A stretch of DNA of 63,602 bases, filler included, from Reclinomonas americana ATCC 50394 (lineage: Eukaryota): the NCBI GenBank assembly GCA_048213135.1. It is 18 parts of 18 records of this genome, joined end to end, with 100 filler letters (N's around TTAATTAATTAA, not from the genome) between each part and the next. Parts side by side here need not be neighbours in the genome. Positions count along the whole stretch, not along the records: positions 11,756 to 17,531 come from AFZH01022255.1; positions 17,632 to 27,847 come from AFZH01022256.1; 16 more parts are not named here. One strand, written 5' to 3'. A program made the translations under genes and the position numbers. This document shows, piece by piece, positions 12,227 to 27,790 of the stretch (its first letter is position 1; each line of letters opens with the position of its first letter). Under the pieces are notes generated by a model. It worked only from the letters and a program-made list of their open reading frames with translations, searched no databases and was not told where the DNA came from.

Positions 12227-14260
12227 TCTCCGTGTGTGTGCGTGGGTGTGTGATTTGCTCGCTCGGGATTGTCACTGTTTCCCGCCTTTCTTCTCCCGCC
12301 TTGCTCTGAGGCGTCTTACATCCCTCGCCAGGCTGCAGCCAGTACGCCACATAACATGCGGTAGTGAGTGAACGATGTGGCTTCGTTGATGCGTGTGGGC
12401 TTTCAAAGACCGACATGGGACTCGTCGATTAGAAATCGGCAGAATGGACATGCAAGGTGGTGGTGACACAAGGTTGGCGCTCCATTGCATCGAGACCGGC
12501 CAGCATTCTCTGCCAACGAGGATTGGAATGTCGGGCTGCTTGGATACGGTTGTGGCCCTGGTGTGCTGATGCCACGGCACACCCGAGAATCCATGGAACA
12601 CCGAGTCTTCGAAACCTCACACCTCCTTGGATCGGTCACAACGAGGTTGAGGTGAGACAATGAAGAAAAAGAGCCACAAGAGACAGGAGAGCAGCGATCA
12701 GCACAGCAGCACAGCGGTGGAAGAGGCAGCTGTGTTGTGAGACTCGCCTCCTCTCACCCAAGTCACAGTCAATGCCTCGTGCCTTCAATCACACTCACAG
12801 TCGGTCGGTGAATCGTCTCATGCATGTACTGTGAGGCACAGAACCACGTGTCTTCGCATGCCAGTCACTTGCCAGCACGCCTGTGTTCATGGCACACACC
12901 GAACTGAGTCAGTCGATCTCCGAAACTCACCAACTTCTTCCTCAACGCAGATGCAGAACACGCACGCACCATGCATGTGTTGCTGGCCGAGCGTGTGTCT
13001 GCAGTCTCCCATGGCCATCATCTTTGTCACTTGGCAGTGTGAGCAGCAACCAACGTGCGCACATCATCGATCTGCTCCGACTCGAGAGCCGGGATCGAAA
13101 ACAATTCACCGACCGGGCCACCGCCGCACATCACGACACGCATGTGTACATCCACCCGGGCCCACGCCACGCACTCCATGATACGCACGGCCTGCACGAC
13201 TGAGGTGAGTGGGAGGGAAGAAGGAAAGAGAGATCAAGACGAACAGGGCCACACACCTGCATCGTGCATGATGGGATGCGAATGGGGAGCCGACTGAGTG
13301 AGGTGACAGCCGGCAGCGGGCGATGCACAGCACGCCTGCATTCATTACGGAACAACGAGAATGGCCTGCCCCTAAGGTGCCTGCATGTCGGTACACTGTG
13401 AGCAAAGAATGGAGGAAGGAGAGAGAAATCTGCTCTGTCTCACTGACAAGCACACCGATCAGCACCTGATACCAACACGCGTTTGTCAAGAAGCAAGCCA
13501 AGGGACGCTCACACAACCATCCTGCAAGGGAGAGAAGGAGCAGAGTCAGTATGCAGGTACGCCACCTCACACACTTCGGCATCGGGAAGCTCACCATGAT
13601 GGACTGGCAGGATGGCAATCGTAACACGGTGAGCGGACCAGCAGCTCGACTTCGAGCGTGTGCGGCAAGGAGGGGGCGGATGGCTGGGGAAGCAGATGAG
13701 CGCACAAAGGCAGGGAGATGGCGGAGAAAGAGATAGACTCTGCAGGAGGCAGGAAAAAGAGAGCTGAAAGACAGGCATCCTGCAGAGACGGAAGGAGAAC
13801 GTCCGCGGCTCACGCGCCAATGGGAAGCAGAGTATAGCGGTGCCAAGGAAGTGTGCAAAACAAGATGCGAGGAAACAGACAACGGCGATTCGCTCTCCTG
13901 AGGCACATTCATCAGCGACAAAAGATGCACGCACAACAGACATCACAAAGAGACGAAAAAACACAACAGACTACCAAGTGATTCATCTCGCTCGCATAAA
14001 CAAATGAAGGTGAGAAAGAGGCAAGCATGCAGAGGGATCCGGAGACGTGCACGTGCTTCACTACCTCTCTCTAACTCACATGATATGGTAACAAGCACAG
14101 AGAACAATTCTGCATCATCCACGTCGACTTCTCTCCTCTCGGCTGTCATCCTCTCTTCTTCAATCTGATCCTTGCATGATCACCCATTCTCCCTCGCACA
14201 ACAAGAAAAACAACTCACATTCTCCAGCAACCAACTTCTCCCTCCCTCCGACTCACCACC

Positions 14261-15406
14261 TCAGCACCGGAAAAGGACGACCTCGGCATCTTCGACGATG
14301 AAACAGCGCAGAGCCAGCTCGGGAAGACACCGCGAATCTTCCTCCTCCTCCTGCATCTCCTGCACAGCTTGCATGGCCGAGCGCGCGGCATCGAGTTCGA
14401 GACGAGCGAGGCCGCGTGGCGTGGACCACACTCTCACGGTCTTGTCGTAGCCACCTGCGCTCACAATGTGCTGACCATCGGGAGAGACGGCCACAGACGA
14501 CACCCATCCTGTGTGACCATCCAACCGCCGCACTTCCTCGCCACTTGCCAGAGACCATACCCGCACGGTGCTGTCCTCGCTCCCACTCACGATTTGCTGA
14601 CAATCCGGAGTGACAGCGACAGACCACACCGCACCAGTGCGCCCCTCCAATCGTCGCACTTGGTCTCCACTCATCAGCGACCACACCCGCACTGTGTTGT
14701 CCCCGCTCCCGCTTACGATGTGCTGACCATCTGGAGTAACAGCGACTGACATCACCCATCCAGTGTGTCCCGCCAACCGTCGCACCTCTTCCCCGCTCGC
14801 CAGCAACCATACCCGCACGGTGCTGTCCTCGCTCCCACTCACTATATGCTGACTATCAGGGGTGACAGCGACTGACCACACCCAGTCAGCGTGTCCTTCC
14901 ATCCGTCGCACCTCCTTGCCACTCGCCAGCGACCACACCCGGATGGTGCTGTCCCAGCTCCCACTCACGATGTGATGACCATCAGGGGTGACGGCGACAG
15001 ACATCACCGTGTCGGCGTGTCCCTCTAACCGTCGCACCTCTTCCCCACTCGCCAGCGACCACACACGTACAGTACAGTCTCCGCTCCCACTGACAATAAG
15101 CTGACCATCAGGAGTGACGGCGACAGAGAACACCCCGCCATCGTGTCCCTCCAGCCGTCGCACCTCCTTGCCACTCGCCAGAGACCACACTCGAATCGTG
15201 TTGTACATGTCCATGCATCCACCGACAATGTGCTGACAATCTGGAGAGACGGCGACGGATCTCACCACAGAAGTGAGACTCTGAATCTGTGCCGATCATT
15301 CGCGGTGAGACGCACATGCACAAACACAAAGAACAACAACCACACCAATGAACACACAAACATCAACCACGCAAAAGTGTGCACACATTTACACCTTTGT
15401 TGTCAT
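14261..15406 (-). CDS. WD40 array copy 4
   Basis: Exon 1 at 15395-15406 (MTTK), exon 2 at 14261-15286, 7 WD repeats plus tail. Confidence 0.9.
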
Positions 15407-17418
15407 TCTCAATGCGTGCGTGTGTGTGTGTGATTTGCTCGCTCGGGATTGTCACTGTTTCCCGCCTTTCTTCTCCCGCCTTGCTCTGAGACGTCGTCCA
15501 TCCCTCGCCAGGCTGCAGCCAGTACGCAACACAACATACAGCAGTATGGCTTCTTTGATGCGTGTGGGCTTTTGAAGACCGACATGGGACAGGTCGATGA
15601 GAAATCGGCAGAATGGACATGCTGGCGACACAAGGTGGCGCTCCACTGCATTGCGCTGCTGTTCAGCGACACTCTCTTCCGACTGACCTGCATTATCTCT
15701 CAACGAGGACTGGCATGTCGGACTGCTTGGATACGCAGTTGTGGCCCTGGTGTGCTGATGCCACGTGCACGGCACACCCGAGAATCCATGGAGCACCGAG
15801 TCTTCGAAACCTCAAGCCTCCTTGGATCGGCCCACAGCGTAGCTGACGAGGTGCACGTCATGACTGCACGACGAAGAAGGAGAGTCACAGGGAACAGGAG
15901 AGGAGCGACCAGTACAGCAGCACAGCGATGGACGAGGCAGCTGCGTCGTGAGGCTCGCCTTCTCTCACCCAAGTCACAGTCAATGCCTCGCGCCTTCAAT
16001 CACACTCATAGTCGGTCGGTGCATTGTCTCATGCATGCACTGTGTGGCACGGAACCACGTGTCTTCGCATGCCAGTCACTTGCCAGCACGCCTGTGTTCA
16101 TGGCACACACAGAACTGAGTCAGTCAATCTTCAAGTCTCACCATCTTACTCCTCAACGCAGATGCAGAACACGTACGCACCAGGCCACGCGCGCGTCTGC
16201 AGTCTCCCATGGCCATCACCATCATTACTTGGCGGCGACAGCAACAGCCAAGGAGCTCACATCATCGATCCGCTTCGACTTGCCAGCCGGGATTGAAAAC
16301 GATCCACCGACCAGGCCATCCATCGCACATCACGACACACATGTGTACACCCACCACGCCACGCCCTCCATGGCATGCACGGCCTGTATAAGTGAGGTGA
16401 GTCGGAGGGAAGGAGGAAAGAGAGATCACGACAAACAAGGCCACACAACTGCTGAGTGCATGGTGGGATGCGAGTACTAGTGGGGAGCCGAGTGAGTAAG
16501 GTGACTGCCGGCAACAGGCGAGGCACAGCACGCCTGTCATCGCCACGACATGCTTTCCATGGTCTCTGCATGCCGGTGTGCTGTGAGCAAAGGAATGGAG
16601 GAAGGAGAGAGATATCTGCTCTGTCTCACGTGACAAACACACCGATCAGCACCTGACACCAACACGCGTTTGTCAAGAAGCAAGCCAAGGGACGCTCACA
16701 CAACCATCCTGCAAGGGAGAGAAGGAGCAGAGTCAGTATGCAGGTATGCCACCTCACACACTTCGGCATCGGGAAGCTCACCATGATGGACTGGCAGGAT
16801 GGCAGTCGGTGCATCCTGAGTAGGGAAGCATGCTCGGCCTCGAGCGTGTGCGGCAAGGAGGGGTGGATGACTGGGGAAGCAGATGAGCGTACAAAGGAGG
16901 GAGACGGTGGAGAAAGAGAAAGAGAGAAATTCAGCACGGGACAGAGAAGGAGAGAGCGGAATGACAGGCATTCTTCAGGGCGGATGGAGAATGCCCGCCG
17001 CGCACACGCACAACGGGAAGCAGGGTAGTGGCGCCCAGGTAGGGCGCAAAACAAGACGCGAGGGAAGCAGACAACGGTGACTCGCTCTCATGAGGCACGT
17101 ATATCAGCGACGAAAGATGCACGCACAACAGACATCACAACGAGGGGAAATGAAATCACAGACTCCAATTGATTCATCTCGCTCGCATACACAAATAGAG
17201 GTGAGAAAGAGGCACGCATGCAGAGAGAGACATGCTTCACTACCTCTCTCTCACTCACATGATAGGGCAACAAGCACAGAGAACAATTCTGCATCATCCA
17301 CGTCGACTTCTCTCCTCTCGGCTGTCATCCTCTCTTCCCCCACCAGCTCTCCCTCGCAAGACATGGAAAAAAACTCACAATCACCAGCAGCCACCTTCTC
17401 TCCCTTCGACTCACCAAC

Positions 17419-18047
17419 TCAGCACCGGAAAAGGACGACCTCGGCATCCTCGACGATGAAACAGCGCAGAACCAGCTCGGGAAGGCATCGTGAATCTACT
17501 TCATCTTCCTGCATCTCCTGCACAACCTGCANNNNNNNNNNNNNNNNNNNNNNNNNNNNNNNNNNNNNNNNNNNNTTAATTAATTAANNNNNNNNNNNNN
17601 NNNNNNNNNNNNNNNNNNNNNNNNNNNNNNNCGACGGCGACGGACATTACAAAGCCAGTGTGTCCCTCCAACCGTCGTACCTCCTCCCCACTCGCCAGCG
17701 ACCACACACGTACTGTGTTGTCTCCACTTCCACTCACAATGTGCTGATTATCAGGGGTGACGGCGACAGAAAACACCCAATCAGTGTGTCCCACCAGTCG
17801 TCGCACCTCTTCCCCACTTGCCAAAGACCACACTTGAACTGTACTGTCCAAGCACCCACCGACAATGTGCTTGCCGTCGGGAGTGACGGCGACGGATCGC
17901 ACCACTGCGAGACTCTGAATGATCTGTGTCGATCATTCGCGGTGAGGCGCACATGCACAAACACAAAGAACAATACCCGCACACAAACGAATGCATGCAC
18001 AGACACACCACGCAAAAGTGCGCACACATTCACACCTTGGTTGTCAT
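17419..18047 (-). CDS. WD40 array copy 5 (middle lost in gap 17532-17631)
   Basis: Exon 1 at 18036-18047, exon 2 starts at 17923, tail and stop at 17419-17531. Confidence 0.75.
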
Positions 18048-20017
18048 TCTCCGTGTGTGTGTGTGATTTGCTCGCTCAGGATTGTCACTGTTTCCCGCCT
18101 TTCTTCTCCCGCCTTGCTCTGAGACGTCGTCCATCCCTCGCCAGGCTGCAACCAGCACCCCGCATAGCATACAGCAGTATGAGAGCAATGTGGCTTCGTT
18201 GATGCGTGTGAGCTTTCGAAGACCATGGGACTCGTCGTAGTGAAATCGATATCAGCAGAATGCATGCAAGGTGGTGGTGGTGACACGAGGTTGGCGCTTC
18301 ATTACATCGAGACCGGCCAGCATTCTCTGTCAACGAGGACTGGAATGTCGGGCTGCTTGGACATGCAGCTGTGGTCCAGCTGTGCTGAAGCCACAGCACA
18401 GCACACTAGTACTCGAGATTCCAATGAGCAGCGGGTCAGCGACACCTCACACCTCCTCGGATCGGTCCACAGCGAGGCTGATGAGGGCACACCGAAGAAA
18501 AAGAGCCACAAGAGACAGGAGAGGAGCGACCAGTACAGCAGCACAGCGGTGGAAGAGGCAGTCGTGTCGTGAGACTCGCCTCCTCTCACCCAGTCACAAT
18601 CAATGCCTCGTGACTTCAATCACACTCACAGTCATCTCATGCATGTACTGTGAGTCATGAAACCACGTGTTGCCCAGTGGCCAGTCACTTGCCAGGACGC
18701 CTGTGTTCATGGCACACACCGAACTGAGTCAGTCGATCTCCGAATCTCATCAACTTGCTCCTCAGTGCAGAAACAGAACACGCACGCACCATGTGTTGCT
18801 AGCCTGCCAGAGACAGCAGCAACCAAGGTGCGCACATCATCGATCCGCTCTGACTTGCCAGCCGGGATTGAAAACGATCCAACGACCAGGCCACCATCGG
18901 GGAATCACGACACGCATGTGTGCACCCACTAATCCACGCTTTCATGGCCTGCACGACCTGCATGAATGAGGTGAGTGGGAGAAAAAGAGGAAAGAGAGAT
19001 CACGACGAACAAGGCCACACACCTGCATCGTGCATGATGGGATTCGGATGGGGAGCCGAGTGAGTGAGGTGACAGCCGGCGATGGGCGATGCAATGCATG
19101 CCTATCATCATCGCGGCCGACGGAGACCGCGTGCTTCCAAGGTATCTGCATGCCGGTGCGCTGTGAGCAAAAGGAATAGAGGAAGGAGAGACAATCTGCT
19201 CTGTCTCTCTGACAAACACGTGCACACCGATCAGCACCTAATACCAACACACGGTTGGGCAAGAAGCAAGCCAAGGGACGCTTCTGTACACACAACCATC
19301 CCGGCAAGGGAGAGAGAGAGCAGAGTCAGCATGCAGTCATGCCACTTCGGCATCGACATGCTCACCATGATGGACTGGCAATCGATGGCAGTCGGAATAC
19401 GGTGAGCGGACCAGCAGCTCGGCCTCGTAAGTGTGTGGGAAGGAGGGGCGTATTACTGGTGAAGATCATGAGCGCACAAGGGAGGGAGAAGGAGGAGAAA
19501 GAGAGATTCAGCACGGGACATGAAAGAGGGAGAGCGGGATGACATGCATTCTTCAGAGCCGGAAAGAGAATGTCCGCGGCGCACAGGCACAATGGGAAGC
19601 AGAGCAGTGATGCCAAAGTGGTGCGCAAAAGAAGACGCGAGGAAATAGACAACGGCGACTCGCTCTCCTGAGGCACAAACACGAACGACGGAAGAAGCAC
19701 GCACAACAGACTTCACAACAAGACAAAAAACGCAACAGACTCCCAAGTGATTCATCGAGCTTGCACACATAAATTGAGGTGAGAAAGAGACACGCACACA
19801 GAGAGACATGCTTCACGCCCACCCACTCTCATTCACATGACAGGGCAACAAACACAGAGAACAATTCACCACCATCAACAGCGATCTCTCGATCTCTCTC
19901 CTCTGTCATCCTCTCTTCCCCCACCTGCATCCCCATGATCACCCACTCTCCCTCATAAGACACGAAAAAACAACTCACGATCACCAGCAGCCATCTCTCT
20001 CAATTCGACTCACCGAC

Positions 20018-21189
20018 TCAGCACCGAAAAAGGACGACCTCGGCATCCTCTGTGACGAAGCAGCGCAGAACCAGCTCGGGAAGGCATCGTGAATCTTCTT
20101 CATCCTCCTGCATCTCCTGCACAGCTCGCATGGCCAAGCGCGCAGCGTCGAGCTCGAGACGAGCAAGGCCGCGCGGCGTGGGCCACACTCGTATTGTCTT
20201 GTCTTGGCCACCGGCACTCACAATGTGCTGACCATCGGGAGAGACGGCCACAGACGACACCCATCCGTCATGTCCCTCCAACCGTTGCACTACCTCGCCA
20301 CTCGCCATTGACAACACCCGAACGGTGCTGTCTCCGCTCCCGCCAACGATGTGCTGGCCATCGGGAGTGACGACGCATACCGCATCGGTGTGTCCCTCGA
20401 AACGTCGCACCTCCTTCCAACTCTCCAACGACCACACTCTCGCTGTGTAATCGTAGCCACCGCTCACGACGTGCTGACCATCGGGAGTTATTGTGACAGA
20501 CACCACCCCCTCAGTGTGTCCCTCAAGTCGTCGCACTTCCTCCCCGCTCGCCAGAGACCACACTCGCACGGTGTGATCGTAGCTTCCACTCACAGCGTGC
20601 TGACCAACGGGAGTGACTGACACACACTCCACACCGTCAGTGTGCCCCTCCAACCGCCGCACCTCCTCCCCATGCACATGTGACCACACCCGCACTGTCT
20701 TGTCGAGGCTGCCACTCACGATATTCAGACCATCGGAGGTGACTGCGACGGACACCACCGTATTGGAGTGACCCTCCAGTCGTCGAACCTCTTCTCCACT
20801 CGCCAGCGACCACACACGCACGGTACAGTCTCCACACCCACTCACGATGTGCTGGCCATTGGGGGTGACGGCGACAGAGAACACCCCGCCAGCGTGTCCC
20901 TCCAGCCGTCGCACCTCCTTGCCACTCGCCAGAGACCACACTCGGACGGTACTGTCCATGCACCCACCAACAATGTGCTTGCTATCGGGCGTGACGGCGA
21001 CGGATCGTACCACGGAAGTGAGACTCTGAATGATCTACGTCGATCACTCGCGGTGAGGCGCACGCAGCAGCAATCAAAGACAACATAACAACACAAAGAA
21101 CAACAACTGCACACATGCACACGCACACCAATGAACGCACAGACATCAACCACGCAAAAGTGCGCATACATTCACACCTTGGTTGCCAT
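20018..21189 (-). CDS. WD40 array copy 6
   Basis: Exon 1 at 21178-21189 (MATK), TAG acceptor, exon 2 at 20018-21034. Small in-frame deletion in blade 6 (DAVCVVTP). Confidence 0.88.
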
Positions 21190-23227
21190 TCTCCTGTGTG
21201 TGTGTTTGTGCTTTGTGTGTGATTTGCTCGCTCGGGATTGTCACCGTTTCCCGCCTTTCTTCTCCCGCCTTGCTCTGAGACGTCGTCCATCCCTCGCCAG
21301 GCTGCAGCCAGCACCCCACACAGCATGCGGTAGTGTGTGAACGATGTGGCTCCGATGATGCGTGTGGGCTTTCGAAGATCGACATGGGACTTGTCGATGC
21401 GAAATCGGCAGAATGGACATGCTGGCGACACAAGGTGGCGCTCCATTGCATCGCGCTGCTGTCCAGCGACACTCTCTTTCTACTGCCCTGCATTATCTCT
21501 CAACGAGGACTGGCATGTCGGGCTGCTTGGATACGCAGCTGTGGCCCTGGTGTGCTGATGCCACGGCACACCCGAGAATCCATGGAGCACCGAGTCAGCG
21601 ACACCTCAAGCCTCCTTGGCTCGGCCCACAGCGAAGCTGACGAGGGTACGACAAAGAAAGAGAGTCACAGGGAACAGGAGAGGAGCGACCAGTACAGCAG
21701 CACGTGCACAGCGATGGACGAGGCAGCTGTATCGTGAGGCTCGCCTCCTCTCACCCAAGTCACAATCAATGCTTCGCGCCTTCAATCACACTCACAGTCG
21801 GTCGGTGAAACGTCTCACGCATGTACTGTGACGCACGAAACCACGTGTCTTCGCATGCCAGTCACATGCCAGCACGCCTGTGTTCAGATCACACACGGAA
21901 CTGTGTCAGTCAATCTCCAAGTCCCACCAACTTGTTCCTCAACGCAGATGTAGAACACGTACGCACCAGGCCACGCGCGCGTCTGCAGTCTCCCATGGCC
22001 ATTACCATCATTACTTGGCGGCGACAGCAGCAACCAAGAAGCGCACATCATCGATCCGCTCCGACTTGCCAGCCGGGATTGAAAACGATCCACCGACCAG
22101 GCCATCCATCGCACATCACGGTACGCATGCGTACATCCACCCCGCCACGTTCTCCATGGCCTGCACGACCTGCATGAATGAAGTGAGTGGGAGGGAAGAA
22201 GGAAAGAGAGATCACGAAGAACAGGGCCACACACCTGCTGAGTGCATGGTGGGATGCGAATGGGGAGCCGAGTGAGTGAGGTGACAGCCGGCAACGGGCG
22301 ATGCACAGCACGCCTGCAATCATTACGGAACAACGAGGGGGACCTGCCCCTAAGGTGTCTGCATGTCGGTACACTGTGAGCGAAAGAATGGAGGAAGGAG
22401 AGAGAAATCTGCTCTGTCTCACTGAGACACACACCGATCAGCATCGGATACCAACACGCGTTTGTCAAGAAGCAAGCCAAGCGGACGCTCACACAACCAT
22501 CCTGCAAGGGAGAGAAGGAGCAGAGTCAGTATGCACGTACGCCACCTCACACACTTCGGCATCGGGAAGCTCACCATGATGCATATGGACTGGCAGGATG
22601 GCAGTCGGAAAACAATGAGCAGACCAGCATGCTCGACCTTGAGCGTGTGCAAGGAGGGGCGGATTACTGGGGAATCAGATGAGCGCACAAAGGCAGGGAG
22701 ATGGCGGAGAAAAAGATAGACTCTGCAGGAGGCTGGAAAAAGAGAGCTGAATGACAGGCATTCTTCAGAGTCGGAAGGAGAATGTCCACGGCGCACAGGC
22801 ACAATGGGAAGCAGAGTATAGCGGTGCCAAAGTGGTGCGCGAAAGAAGACGCGAGAAAACAGACGTCGGTAACTTGCTCTCCTGAGACATACATGGGCGA
22901 CTAAAGATGCACACCCAACAGACATCACAACGAGACAACAAACGCAAGAGACTCCCAGGTGATTCATCGAGCTTGCACACAAAATGGAGGTGAGAAAGAG
23001 GCACGCATGCAGAGGGAGACGTGCTTCACTACCTCTCTCTAACTCACATGATAGGGCAACAAGCACAGAGAACAATTCTGCATCATCCACGTCGACTTCT
23101 CTCCTCTCGTCTGTCATCCTCTCTTCTTCAATCTGATCCTTGCATGATCACCCGCACTCCCGCGCAAGACACGAAAAAACAACTAGCGATCACCAGCAGC
23201 CACCTTCCCTTCCTCCGACTTACCAAC

Positions 23228-24374
23228 TCAGCACCAGAAAAGGACGACCTCGGCATCTTCGACGATGAAACAGCGTAGAACCAGCTCGGGAAGGCATCGT
23301 GAGTCTACCTCTTCCTCCTGCATCTCCTGCACAGCATGCATGGCCAAGCGCGCGGTGTCGAGTTCGAGGTGAGCAAGGCCGCGCGGCGTGGACCGCACTC
23401 TCACGGTCTTGTCGTAGCCACCCGCACTCACAATGTGCAGACCATCGGGAGAGACGGCAACAGATATCACCAGGTGCGTGTGTCCCTCCAACCGCCGCAC
23501 TTCCTCGCCACTCTCCAGAGACCATACCCGCACGGTGCTGTCCTCGCTCCCACTCACAACATGCTGGCCATTGGAGGTGACTGTGACAGACGAGACCCAT
23601 CCAGTGTGTCCTTCTAGTCGTCGCACTTCTTCTCCACTTGTCAGTGACCACACTCTCAATATTCTGTCCCTACAGCCACTCACGATGTGCTGACCGTCTG
23701 GAGTAACAGCGACTGACATCACCCAGTCAGTGTGTCCCTCCAACCGCCGCACTTCTTCGCCGCTCGCCAGTAACCAAATCCGCACGGTGTTGTCGAAACT
23801 GCCGCTGACAACGTGCTTACCATCGGGGGTGACTGCCACAGATATCACCCTTGCAGCGTGTCCCTGCAGCCGTCGCACCTCCTCCCCACTCACCAGAGAC
23901 CACACTCTCACTGTCTCATCATAGCCGCCGCTGATGATGTACTGTCCATCTGGGGTGACGGCGACAGACCACACCTTATCATCGTGTCCCTCTAACCGTC
24001 GCACCTCCTCCCCACTCTCCAGCGACCACACACGCACGGTACAGTCTCCACTTCCACTCACGACATGCTGGCCATTGGGGGTGACGGCGACAGACCACAC
24101 CGAACCAGTGTGTCCCACCAGTCGACGCACTTCTTCTCCACTTGTCAACGACCACACACGAACGGAGCTGTCCAAGCACCCACCGACAATGTGCTTGCCG
24201 TCGGGAGTGACAGTGACGGACCGCACCGAAGAAGCGAGACTCTGAATGATCTGTATCAAGCACTCGCGGTGAGACGCACATACACAAACAACAACCGCAC
24301 ATGCACGAGCACACGAATGCATGCACAGACACCAACCACGCAAAGTGCGCATATATTCACACCTTGGTTGCCAT
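23228..24374 (-). CDS. WD40 array copy 7
   Basis: Exon 1 at 24363-24374 (MATK), exon 2 at 23228-24250. Confidence 0.9.
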
Positions 24375-26587
24375 TCTCCTGTGTGTGTGTTTGTGCTTTG
24401 TGTGTGATTTGCTCGCTCCTGATTGTCACTGTTTCCCGCCTTTCTTCTCCCGCCTTGCTCTGAGACGTCGTCCATCCCTCGCCAGGCTGCAGCCAGCACC
24501 CCACACAACATACAGCAGTATGTGGCTTCGTTGATGCGTGTGGGCTTTTGAAGACCGACATGGGACAGGTCGATGCAAAATCGGCAGAATTGACATGCTG
24601 GCGACACAAGGTGGCGCTCCACTGCACCGTGCTGCTGACCAGCGACACTCTCTTTTGACTGACCTGCATTCTCTGCCGACGAGGACTGGCATGTTGGGTT
24701 GCTTGGATACGCAGCTGTGGCCCTGGTGTGCTGATGCCACGGCACACCCGAGAATCCATGGAGCACCGAGGCTTCGAAACCTCAAGCCTCCTTGGATCGG
24801 CCCACAGCGAGGTTGACGAGGTGCACGTCATGACTGCACGACGAAGAAGGAGAGTCACAGGGAACAGGAGAGGAGCGACCAGTACAGTAGCACGTGCACA
24901 GCGATGGACGAGGCAGTTGCGTCGTGAGACTCGTCTCCCATCATCCAATCACAATCAATGCCTCGTGCCTTCAATCACACTCACAGTCGGTCGGTGCATT
25001 GTCTCATGCATGCACTGCGAAGCACGGAACCACGTGTCTTCGCATGCCAGTGACGAGTCACTTGCCAGCACGCCTGTCACACAGAATTGAGTCAGTCAAT
25101 CTCCAAGTCTCACCAACTTACTCCTCAACGCAGATGCAGAACACACACGTACGCACCAGGCCACGCGCGCGTCTGCAGTCTCCCATGGCCATCACCATTG
25201 TCATTCGGCAGTGACAGCAGCAACCAAGAAGCGCACATCATCGATCCGCTCTGACTTGCCAACCGGGATCGAGAACGATCCACCGACCAGGCCACCAATC
25301 GGGAAACACGAAACGCATGTGTCCACCCATGAATAGATTGCCGAGCACGTGTGTGCAGTCTTCCATGGCCACCACCATCATCACTCGGCAGAGACGGCGG
25401 CAACCAAGGCGCGCACATCATCGATCCGCTCTGACCTGCCAGCCGGGATTGAAAACGATCCACCGACCAGGCCATCCATCGCACATCACGGCACGCAGGT
25501 GTACACCCACCTCGCCACACTCTCCATAGCATGGACGGCCTGCAAGAATGAGGTGAGTGGGAGGGAAAAAGGAAAGAAAGATCACGCTGAACAAGTCCAC
25601 ACAACTGAATCGTGCATTGGTGGGATTCAGGTGTGGAGCCGACTGAGTGAGGTGACAGCCGGCAGCGGGCGATGCACAGCACGCCAGCAATCATTACGGA
25701 ACAACGAGAATGGCCTGCCCCTAAGGTGCCTGCATGTCGGTACACTGTGAGCGAAGAATGGAGGAAGGAGAGAGATATCTGCTCTGTCTCAACGACGAAC
25801 ACACCGATCAGCACCTGATACCAACACACGGGATTGGTCAAGAGGCAAGCCAAGGGATGCTTCTTTACACACATCCATCCAACAAGAGAGAGAGAGAGAG
25901 TAGAGTAGAGCCAGCATGTAGTCATGCACCCCACACACTTCGGTATCGGGAAGCTCACCATGATGAACTGCCTTACGCGATGGCTGAATCGCAGCCGGCG
26001 CATCTTGAGCAGATACTCGGATCGACCTTGTGCGGCAAGGAGGGGTGGATGGCTGGCGAAGCAGATGAGCGCACAAAGGAGGGAGACATTGGAGAAAGAG
26101 AGTGACTCTGTAAGGGACAGAGGAGGGCTTGAGAGCGGAATGACATGCATTCTTCAGAACCGGAGGGAGAATGTTCACGGCGCACATGCACGATGAGTGG
26201 AAGAAAAGTGGCACCAAGGAGGTGAATCAAGACGCGAGGAAACAAACATCGGTGACTCGCTCTCCTGAGGCATTGAAAGATGCACGCACACAACAGTCAC
26301 CACAAAGAGACAAAAAGACGCAAGAGACTACCAAGTGATTCATCGCGCTGGCACACACAAATGGAGGTGAGAAGAAGACACGTACACAGAGGGAGACATG
26401 CTGCACGCCCGCACAATCACATTTACGTGCACATGACAGGGCAACAAGCACGGGAGAACAATTTCATCAACGACCTCTCTCTCCTCCTCTGTTATCCTCT
26501 CTCTCCCCCACCCACTCTCCCTCGCAAGACGCAGAAAGCAAGCGTACAATCACCAGCAGCCACGTTACCTCCCTTCGACTCACCGAC

Positions 26588-27742
26588 TCAGCACCGGACA
26601 AGGACGACCTCGGCATCCTCGACAATGAAACACCGCAGAACAAGCTCGGGAAGGCATCTTGAATCTACTTCCTCCTCCTGCATCTCCTGTACGGCGTGCA
26701 TGGCCGACCGCGCAGCGTCGAGTTCGAAGCGAGCAAGGCCACGCGGTGTGGACCACACTCGCACGGTCTTATCTTTGCCACCGGCACTCACAATGTGCTG
26801 ACCATCGGGAGAGACGGCCACAGACGACACCCATTCAGTGTGTCCCTCCAACCGTCGCACCTCCTCTCCACTCGCCAGAGACCATACCCGCACGGTGCGG
26901 TCTCCGCACCCGCCAACGATGTGCTGGCCATCGGGAGTGACGGTGACAGACGACACCCAGTCAGTGTGTCCCTCCAACTGTCGCATTTCCTCCCCACTTG
27001 CCAGCGACCACACCCACACTGCGTGCTCACTGCCACTCACGATGTGCTGACCATCGTAAGTGATGGCAACAGAGTACACCCATTGAGTGCGTCCCTCCAG
27101 CCGTCGCACTTCTTCCCCGCTCGCCAGCAACCACACCCGCACGGTGTTGTCGAAACTGCCGCTCACAATGTGGTGACCATCGGGGGTGACTGCCACAGAC
27201 ATCACCCTTGCAGCGTGTCCCTGCAGCCGTCGCAATTCTTCCCCACTCGCCAGAGACCACACTCGCACTGTCTTGTCGAAGCCGCCGCTGACAATGTGCT
27301 GGCCATCGAAGGCGACGGCGACAGACAACACCGCATTGGTGTGTCCCTCAAACCGTCGCACTTCTTCTCCACTTGCCATCGACCAGACACGTAGGGTGTT
27401 GTCTCCACTTCCACTCACTATCTGCTGGCCATTGGGGGTGACGGCGACAGACCACACCGAACCAGTGTGTCCCTCCAGCCGTCGCACCTCCTTGCCACTT
27501 GCCAGAGACCACACACGGATGGTGCTGTCCATGCACCCACCAACAATGTGCTTGCCGTCGGGAGTGACGTCGACCGACCGCACCGAAGAAGCGAGACTCT
27601 GAATGATCTGCGCCGATCATTCGTGGTGAGACACACATGCACAAACACACAAACAACAACCGCACACACGCACGAACACAACGAATGCACGCACAGACAC
27701 CAACCACGCAAAGGTGCGCACAAATTCACACCTTTGTTGCCA

Positions 27743-27743
<1 letters not shown>
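26588..27743 (-). CDS. WD40 array copy 8
   Basis: Exon 1 at 27732-27743 (MATK), exon 2 at 26588-27607. Confidence 0.9.

Positions 27744-27746
<3 letters not shown>

Positions 27747-27788
<42 letters not shown>
27747..27788. repeat. (GT)21 microsatellite directly upstream of the copy 8 ATG
   Basis: Perfect dinucleotide run. Confidence 0.95.

Positions 27789-27790
<2 letters not shown>

Noticed and set aside
24251..24766. Long N-terminal extension of the 512-aa ORF 23228-24766
   Set aside because: Chance read-through of the intron and upstream region, not preserved in other copies.
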